Positions 56,290 to 64,000 of a stretch of DNA of 64,000 nt are shown in pieces. Location of the stretch: the NCBI RefSeq assembly GCF_009914755.1, contig NC_060940.1. The stretch is one strand, 5' to 3'. A model generated the notes under the pieces. That model did not search any database. It was not told the origin of the DNA and worked only from the letters and a program-made list of their open reading frames with translations. A program made the translations under genes and the position numbers. This DNA is from the human T2T-CHM13v2.0 reference genome, Homo sapiens. Within the stretch, counting starts at the first letter, position 1. Each line of letters begins with the position of its first letter.

Positions 56290-57540
56290 AGACTGCGTTA
56301 GGAAGAGGCTCAAGGGGGCAGACAGTGCCACCTCCAGAGAAGCCACTGCTCCTACTCCTGCCTCTCCTGCTACTGCCGCCACGGTCCTCTGCTCCTGCAG
56401 CCCCCACTGGGCGCCGGATTCCTTCTTGGAGTGCGGAGGTCCTGTTCCTTCAGGAACGACAGACAGCTTTTCTCCCCGTCTCCTCGTTTGCTCAGCCGGC
56501 AGGTGCAGGACTGGAGATCTGAGGTGGTCCTGCGTCTCGAGGAGCCGGGCGCCCGACTGTGAGAAGGAGGAGGCAAGCTATGGGGAGAGGGGGCGACAGG
56601 AATGCCAGGCTCATGAGGCCGGCGGCCGCGGCCCAGGCAGGGCTGGCTGCTGCCTGGGCCGGATGGTAAGAGATACTGTGGAAAGAAAATAAAATAAAAT
56701 AAGTAATAATAAAGTTTAAAATAATAAACCTAACATAGGTAATAGTTAACATTCAGCATAGGTTACTTAGAAGTTATACATAGGCTAAGAAATTTCAGCA
56801 GTCCATTCCAGCATTGCTAACAAGTTGCAGCTGCGAGCTTATCTCAATCTTCCAAGCTTATTGCCTGCCTCCAGACCCCCGCATATTCCTGTAATTCGTG
56901 TTTTCCCTTACCCCAGCTCTGTTCAGCTTCAAAGTTGACTGGACAAAATAACTAAATTGTAAGTTCTCTCCGAATTGTCACGGGTTGGATAATTTACTGT
57001 CTTTGTCTGAAACCTGTAACCTGCCTTGTTTTCCCGCCTCAAACGGCACTTAAGCAAGCCTGCTTTCTTTGCAGGGGTCGGCAGCCATTTTGGGCATGAG
57101 CCTGCTGTTGGCTCAGGTGCCTGAATTAAATAAAGTTCTCTTTGGTCTCCAAAGGTCTCTTCGTGTTCCTTGGCTGGAGTTTTACTACAACAGTATCAGA
57201 TGTCGCCACCATCCCCATCCTTGGCTCCCTAGCCGTCATTCATACATCCTGTGTTCAACAAACAGAAGTGGCAGCGGGAGCTGCTGCTCCGGGAGGGGGA
57301 GTGGCCTGGCAGGGGGCACACAGCTGCTACCTGCTGCGAGGCGAGTTGGTCTGCAGCCTGGGCCTTTGTGCAGGACACATCGCCGCCCTTGTCCCGCTTG
57401 CTCCCCCGCCTGCCACGCAACATGCTCAGGTGCCAGATCTCGGGCATTCCTGGCAAGCGTACTGTGGCGGGGAGGCAGCAGGGAGGAGGGGTTTGCCAGG
57501 AGCCCTGAACAGAGGTTCTTGGCATGGAGAAGAGACAGAG
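56290..57540. other. Unidentified GC-rich, gene-5'-end-like fragment split by an LTR
   Basis: GC/CpG-rich blocks 56290-56676 and 57193-57540 flank the LTR; source gene not recognised. Confidence 0.4.
56677..57192 (+). mobile_element. ERV solo LTR (family not determined)
   Basis: TG...CA termini, ~515 bp, AATAAA at ~57129. Confidence 0.65.
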
Positions 57541-57699
57541 GTGGCTGACTGGTTCCAGTTTTAGGTGGGTGGGGGGAGGGGGTGGCAAACCCCATGGGAC
57601 TTTGTTTTTTTCAAGGAGACTTCAGTTCACTTCTTATCTGTTCTCCACCCGCTTAAGCCTCTGAGAACAGAGGAGATGGGGCTCTTTTAAATTGGCCTG

Positions 57700-58130
57700 G
57701 CCGTAACGGTCTGGACCCTTGCCGCAGGGCAGATCTCATTTGGGGGCTCTTTGAAGCCTGGAGGCTCACGCCTGTCCATCCCAGGTGTCTTCAATATAGG
57801 GTCAAGTTAGGCCTGGCTGGCAATGATGCTGGAATGCAGGACGATCTGGCCAGATCTTCGCCTGTTACAGGATATTTTAGCCTTCAGCACCCTGCACCAT
57901 TTCCCTCACCTGCAGAAGCCCCCGTGAGCCTCAGTGTTGCTAGGGCCCAGACCCTGGATGCCTCTCTATTAGAGTCCCACTTTACCCCACCTAAATGCAC
58001 CAGGCCCTTACTCTGCCTTTCCCCTTTTCCCAGAACATGCCCCATTCAACTCCAACAGGACATGTCTGGACCACGTGCACCCCTCTTCAGTGTTAAAACA
58101 GAGAAAATAATGTATTTTTCACTGAACATG
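57700..58130. repeat. Inverted third copy of the 34.7-35.6 kb / 37.3-38.2 kb tail module
   Basis: + strand TTTCCCAGAACATGCCC..CTCCAACAGGACATGTCTGGA aligns with the reverse complement of 35270-35420 (TTTCCCAGGACAAGCCTGGCTCCAACAGACATCTCTAGA). Confidence 0.6.
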
Positions 58131-58276
58131 TAACTGATTTAACATATAAGGAGATCAGCTTTATGTGTAGATATGCATGTAAATATACACAAAATTTCTA
58201 ACGTTGTGGGAAAATTAACATCTTTACACTTTGTTCAGTGATTTTATAGTTTTCTCTCTCTTACTCACTTGCTTCT

Positions 58277-58574
58277 TTTTTTTTTTTTTTTGAGACAGAG
58301 TCTTGCTCTGTTGCCCAAGCTGGAGTACAGTGGCAAAATATCAACACACTGCAGCCTCTGCCTCCTGGGTTCAGAAGATTCTCAGGCTTCAGCCACCCGA
58401 ATATCTGGAATTACCAGCATGAGTAACCATGCCCAGCTGTTTTTTGTGTTTTTAGTGGAGACGGGGTTTTGACATGTTGCCCAGGCTGGTCTCGAACTCC
58501 TGGCCTCAACTGATTTGCCCACCTTGGTCTCACAAAATGCTGGGATTACTGGCGTGAGCCTCTATGCCTGGCCT
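58277..58574 (-). mobile_element. Alu
   Basis: Poly-T followed by antisense Alu. Confidence 0.9.
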
Positions 58575-59250
58575 ACTTGTCACTATCTCTATGTTTATTT
58601 GTTCAATAGGAAAATTCTCAGTGAAGACTCCTCAGCATGATGAAGATAAGCTTGCACAATCAGTCATTGATAGATGCTTAGTGGAAAAACTTCCAATTCC
58701 CATTTGCAGCTCTCAGAGCTAGGATTAAAAACTCCTGGTCATAACCTCATGTGATGAGAAGTTATAGCATGCCCTCATTTTCTACATATCCACCTGCATT
58801 TACAATTAGCTTTCAAACTTGCTAGAAGGGAAAGAAGTGGGAATGTGTCCCCCTTAGAGCTACTTTCCTCCCCTTGCTGGGTTTCCAGTTTGTGCATTGT
58901 CCAGATGGCCCAGGAGCTTATGATCAAAGTGAAGAGGTCCTGTTTGTCATGAGAATGCTGCTTTGCTGCATCAGGATTCAGTGAAACTGTTCACCGCCTG
59001 GAGCCCATGTGGACTCCAGAGGCAGGATGAAGCTCAGAAACCGTCACTGAGGTTAGGAAGTGAGCACCAAAGTTGAGGGCTGCCCACAGGAGAGGGCCAA
59101 AATGCTCCCTTTGGATTTCCAAGTGGTTGCTTCTTGCATCAGTCTTGCTTCTGACCACACTGTGTTCCTGGTCCCGTCTTCCTGGCATTTTGCTGTTTGT
59201 GTCCAAGGGAAAGAGTCCTGGATGGCAGTGCTGAGAAGGATGCCTGCCTG

Positions 59251-60274
59251 CTAAAGCTGATCCCCTGGTGAGCTCTGCAGCCTGTTAAGCAGAGCCTGAA
59301 ATTCTTTCTCACTGAGTGGTGATTCAGACCACGGAGGGCCCTCCTCTTGTGGATCTGCATTCCGAAAAGATTGTGCCTTTTCCTGAAACTCTGGGACTTG
59401 TAGAAGATCATGCAGATGACTGGTGTGGTTGCTCCAGCAGATAGATGGCTCTTTCATGGCTTGTGCCTGTTTCTGCCACAGGTAGACCTATGTGCATGGG
59501 CTACTAAGGTGCTCCTGCTCCAGGTTGCCATTGAATCATGGCATCCTGGGACCCGTTGCCTAAGCTCCACCACTTGTGAAGGTGGGATGTGTCCTGTTGA
59601 CCCAGACTCTAAAATTGTGGCTAAGGATGACCAGGCTGTGGCTGTCCCTTTAAGGCAGAACTTCCAGGCCAGTGTCTTATTTTTCTTGTCATCCTAAAGT
59701 TTTCCTTTCGACTGAGGCCAGAAACAAGTCTGTGTATGGGAGAGCCTCCCTCCTAGAGTTGGTACCATTGACATATGACTCCTAAGTGCCAGAAGAGGTT
59801 GAGAGAACTCTCCCATCTGCACAGCCAGGGTGCTATGTGCATCGTGACCCTTGGTGCCTGGCTCACACAGCCTGCAGAGGGATCCAAAAAATCACAGGTT
59901 GTGGGAGGTGAAGGAAGAGCTGGTACAAATGACAGGTGGCTGCTGACAGAATAGGAGGCAGGAAGAAGATGAGACCTGCCTGGGGTAGTGCACATGTTTT
60001 GTTCCAGCCAAACAGTCAGATGAGGTCTTGGTCTTGGACCCGCTGCCAGGGAATTCACAAGCCCGCTTCTGCTGTGGCCTGGGAGCTGAGGTCTTTGGTT
60101 CTGAAACCAAATGTAAATTTTGGACTCTGAAATGCCTGTCTGTTTAGCCAGTTTCTCTATAATGGTGATTCCAGGAAAGGAATTCTCTTGGAAAATGTTG
60201 AGGGTCCTTCTCAAAGGCTTTAATGAGTACACTGGTGTGTGATTGAGTGATGGATGTCCTTTCCTCCTGCCTTC
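59251..60274 (-). pseudogene. DUXC/DUX4-like double-homeobox pseudogene fragment: second homeodomain, linker and C-terminal activation domain
   Basis: EGRRK/RTSITQSHTSVLIKAFEKD/..FPGITIIEKLAKQTGISESKIYIWFQNQR (60274..60092, frameshifted) versus DUX4 HD2 [69 protein letters not shown]...PLSEKEFQALLNRL (59251-59457) versus DUX4 LLDELLASPEFLQQAQ...PLSEEEYRALLEEL. Confidence 0.88.
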
Positions 60275-60419
60275 TTATTTGACTTGCACAATAAATATTA
60301 ACTATGGCAGTTACGGTCATATCTTTCTTTACAACATAAGAAACTTCAAGTCATTCATTGATGACACCAAAGCCTCATTCTCCTACATTAAACATTCTCC
60401 TACATTAAACTTCTTGAAT

Positions 60420-61530
60420 CTTCTGTGCCAACTGTCTAGAAAACCTAAACACATGAAATACTACAAATTAGAAATAAATACCTCAATAGGCACCAATTAT
60501 AAAAGCAAATCCAAGAAGGAACAGAATATATGAATACACATATAACAAGTAAAGAGATTCAATTAATTAAAAATCTTCACAAAAAGAGAAGCCCAGAGCC
60601 ACATGGCTTAACTGGTAAATTCTACTAAACATTTAATGAAGAATTAATGCCAACTCTTTACAAGACCTTCCAGAAAATATGGGACAGTTATTGGGAACAC
60701 TTCCCAATTTGTTCTGTGAGGCCAGTATTACCCTGATACTAAAGGCAGACAAAAGCATCAGAAGTAAATATGTGTATGGATGAATTTCCCTGATGAATAC
60801 ACACAGAGAAATTCTCAAAAAAGCGAAATGAATCAAGAATATATCAAAATGAATGTACACCATGACCAAATGGAATTATTTTACAGATGCAATATTGATC
60901 TATCCGATAATCAATCAGTGCCTTACACAAAGTAATAGGATAAAGGAAATTAACAGAAAGAGCCTTTCAACAGACACAGGGAGCATTTGACCAATCCAAT
61001 ATTCATTCACAATCTCCCTGGAAAGGAAGGGTACAAGCAAACTTCCTAAATCTGCTAAAGAGCATCAGTGAAAAACTTACACCTAACGCCATAATAGTAA
61101 AATACTGGTTGTTGTGTCTTGACATTTTAGAACAAGGCAAAAATGTTAACATCCAAAGAAATTACATGAGAGAAAAAAACAAAATCATCAATGTGGGAAA
61201 ATAAGATGTTAGAATTGTCTATCATTGCAGAGGACATAAGTGAATATAAAAGTTTATAAAAAACTCATTAAAACCCACTAAAACCAATACATGAGTTCAG
61301 CAAGGTCACAAGATACAAAATCAATATGCAAAGTTCAATTGTACTTTTATGTACTAACAATGATCAACCTGAAAATAAAATTAAAAAAACAATCCATTTG
61401 TGTATGTATGAAAAAGAAAGAAATATTTAGGAGTAGATTTAATGAAGTGCAATTTTACCGTAAAAAGAAATCTTTGTTAAAAAATTTTAAAACACTGAAA
61501 AAAATAGGCATCAATGTTTATTTAGTTAAT
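60420..61530 (+). mobile_element. Old L1 ORF2 fragment
   Basis: TCTGTGAGGCCAGTATTACCCTGATAC, GAGTTCAGCAAGGTCACAAGATACAAAATCAATAT. Confidence 0.85.
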
Positions 61531-62157
61531 GTTATTCCATTATCCAGTGTATCCATTTAAACTCCACACAATAAAACAAAATATATTTTAGCATTATTTT
61601 AGTGTAATAAATACAGGTTTGTAGAAAACCCATGAAAGGAACTAATTCTACATGTCCAGAATAGCCCATCCTAATTTTTCTATTTTACATCTACTGTAAA
61701 TCAAACCGATTTTGTTCCATATTTTATAGCGGAACGTAAGATAAAATCCAAATTGTTAAATATGTGAGATTGATTATAAGCCCACCAAGGAGGTTTTTAC
61801 TCAGTGTGGGAATTCAGAGAGCATGAAGTTGCAAAGACAGAAGCAAATGTTTTTGAATGAATTATGAGGGACAATACTCACAGGAGTGCTTCACACTTTT
61901 ATCAACTGACTCATGTCATCTCACTTTAGGAGAAACTGCCTCTAATTTTAGACATTGGTTCGTAGCAAATGCTAAATGAACCAGCACCAAGTTTATATCC
62001 AGGAGAACTGCTTACTCTAGAGGATTTTGTCTCTTGGATAATGACATGATTCTGTCTTTCATAGGCTACTCCAAAACTTCTATAATGATGGTAGAGTTTA
62101 GTGAAGTGGAGCATCGGCATGCCATCCCCATGCTCCTGACAAGCAGCAGCAGCTAAC

Positions 62158-62751
62158 CTAAGCACAGTCACATAGGGCATGCCATTGACACCCACCTTGC
62201 TGTTGTTCACCTCCACATACTAAGTTGCCATACACTTTGCAGTGGAATTTCACCTTACTGCATCTGGTTGGTCAGCAGTCCTGCAGGTAGAAAGAGTTGG
62301 TCAGGAGGGCACATTGAGAGAATAGATGGGAGCTCAGAGGCTGCCTAGCTCCCTGCACCCTGCCCACAGGCCACAGTCCTCACCCAGCTGTCCAGCATGC
62401 ATGACTGCTGAAGGCTGCTGCACTTGTTCTTCATCACAGAGGTGGGATGAAAGCAGTCTGAGGGCACCACACTCCATGATCAGGGTCTACTTCTGGTGCC
62501 ATAGCTCCAGGTGGAAGGACAGGTAAGCAAAAGACAGGTCCCACCTTCCACATCCAGCCCACACTCCCACCAACTTCCAGGCCCACCTCAATATCCTGAT
62601 GTGATGCTCTCCTTAGACCTCTTGTGGTTCTTCAGCCAGGAGATGGAGAGAGTGGGGTTGCTAGGAGCCAGGCAGTGAAAGTTGGTTGTGGTGGCCAGCA
62701 TGGCTGGCAGTTTCCTGTCCATCCACTGGGGCAAAGTCCAGGAAGGGGTCT
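62158..62751 (-). pseudogene. FGFR3 unprocessed pseudogene fragment (IgII-IgIIIa exons 62751..62587, 62504..62384, ~62315..62158)
   Basis: PSWTLPQWMDRKL..FHCLAPSNPTLSISWLKN|gtgggc; LWHQK*TLIME..KNK|gtgagg; KFHCKVY..VEVNNSKVGVNGMPYVTVL|gttagc. These match recalled FGFR3 APYWTRPERMDKKL..GNPTPSISWLKN / LRHQQWSLVMES / [20 protein letters not shown], with short introns retained. Confidence 0.88.
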
Positions 62752-64000
62752 CTGCTGGTGGAAGCACACATGAAGGCCATAGCTGAGGCGAGGAACAGAG
62801 ACCCATCTGACCAGACCCCCGATTCAAGATCACCCTGCCCACTCCGAGTCTCATGTTTTTCTCCTGTGTAGGGAGAGTGTTGACATGTCAAGGACATCTA
62901 CTTGGGCTGAATGAGGCTCCCAGGAGCTTCAACACAATGTCCCCACCCAGTCATGCTCAGAGCTGGCAATGTGTGCCTTTCTATTCCCTCTGCTTCCCCC
63001 AAGTGGCTGCTCCTGCTGAGAGGCTGGGGTTCTTCATCCTGGCCTGAAAGCCTCAAAGAATAATGGAGTCTCGAGGGGATACCCCACCTGCACAGGGAGG
63101 CACATGGGGAGGGTCCACCAGGAAGGAGGCCCAGCAGGTAGCCCAGCTAAGTGAGTGAGTCAGGACAGGCATTGGGAGCAGTTTACCAGGAGAAGAAACC
63201 CAGCCCCTTGCAGAGCTGGGAGCCTCAGAAGCAGCTGAGAAGCCTTGGTCCACAAGCCTCTGAGCCCATAAGCCACCCCCTGCAGAGCTTCAGGGCCCGG
63301 TGGGCACTGGTGAGGATGGCGGCCTGGAGGCTTCGTCTCTTTTTTATCCTGACTTCCAGGGCTGTCACCATTCCCCCTCTCACACCTCAGCTAGTTTTTC
63401 TAATTTCTGGGTGCTGGGGTGGGGCTGCCTTCCTGCCTGGACTTGTGGGTAGGCTCAACTGCCTTACCCCCAGGAGAGAGGCACCAGGGGCCCAGGAAAG
63501 AGAAAGGAGGCAGCCGCTTCCCCACAGTGACCTCCTTGCCATTCACATGCAGCGACAGGCCCACCTTTCGGTGGAGGATGCTGAAGCACAGCCGGGAGCT
63601 GTGTAGAGAGACGCTGGGAAGAGGCACCAATCACAACTCTGAGCTGTCCTCTGGGATTCCAGGGGTGGGAGATGGGGACCCACTGGTGATTAAGACAGCT
63701 CAGCAAACTGTGGCACAGGATGTTCCCAGGACTGGGAGACAACAGTGACTCAATGCTGCTCACTTCTAGACTGTGCCTTCTTAAAGTGGCTCTTCAGTTA
63801 CCCCCAGAGCTTGAGCCCACACCATCCTGGGATGGCTGGGTAGGCAGAGGTGAGCAGGGGCTCAGGGGGAGTGCACAAGGGTGTGTGGGCAGGGGCAGAG
63901 GCTGCTGAGGCAGGTGAGGGGAAATTTTCATCCTTTCCTGTCTGCTCCTCCCGGGGTCTACTTTCCTCTCTTCCCTCTGCCTCTGGCTCCCTGGCTGGCT

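Noticed and set aside
59753-60232. Intact 159-aa homeobox gene or a D4Z4 unit
   Set aside because: Non-ATG start, frameshifted homeodomain N-terminus, broken linker, and no GC-rich 3.3 kb D4Z4 context.

Overview
Primate (almost certainly human) pericentromeric segmental-duplication DNA, most likely the 16p11.2 TP53TG3 cluster. That placement is inferred from gene content, not mapped. The only plausibly intact protein-coding gene is a two-exon TP53TG3-family copy on the minus strand (44553..44192 + 43020..43008, 124 aa), lying in a CpG-rich promoter. The rest is a mosaic of decayed gene fragments: an Alu-interrupted SEPHS1 processed pseudogene, a KSR1 exon 1 duplicon, an intron-containing RALGDS/RGL4-like relic, a DUXC/DUX4-like homeobox plus C-terminal activation-domain relic, and FGFR3 exons with their introns. 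These sit among dense Alu, L1, LTR and DNA-transposon repeats, a ~3.2 kb (TTTCA/TCA)n array, a GGGGCAAAAAGCC-type junction repeat and an unexplained diverged low-copy repeat family. Most ORFs in the supplied track are repeat artefacts. Homology calls come from recalled protein and repeat consensus sequences, not database searches, and repeat boundaries are approximate. No novel system is demonstrated. The best candidates for follow-up are the DUXC-like relic and the unexplained repeat module that carries p53 half-sites.
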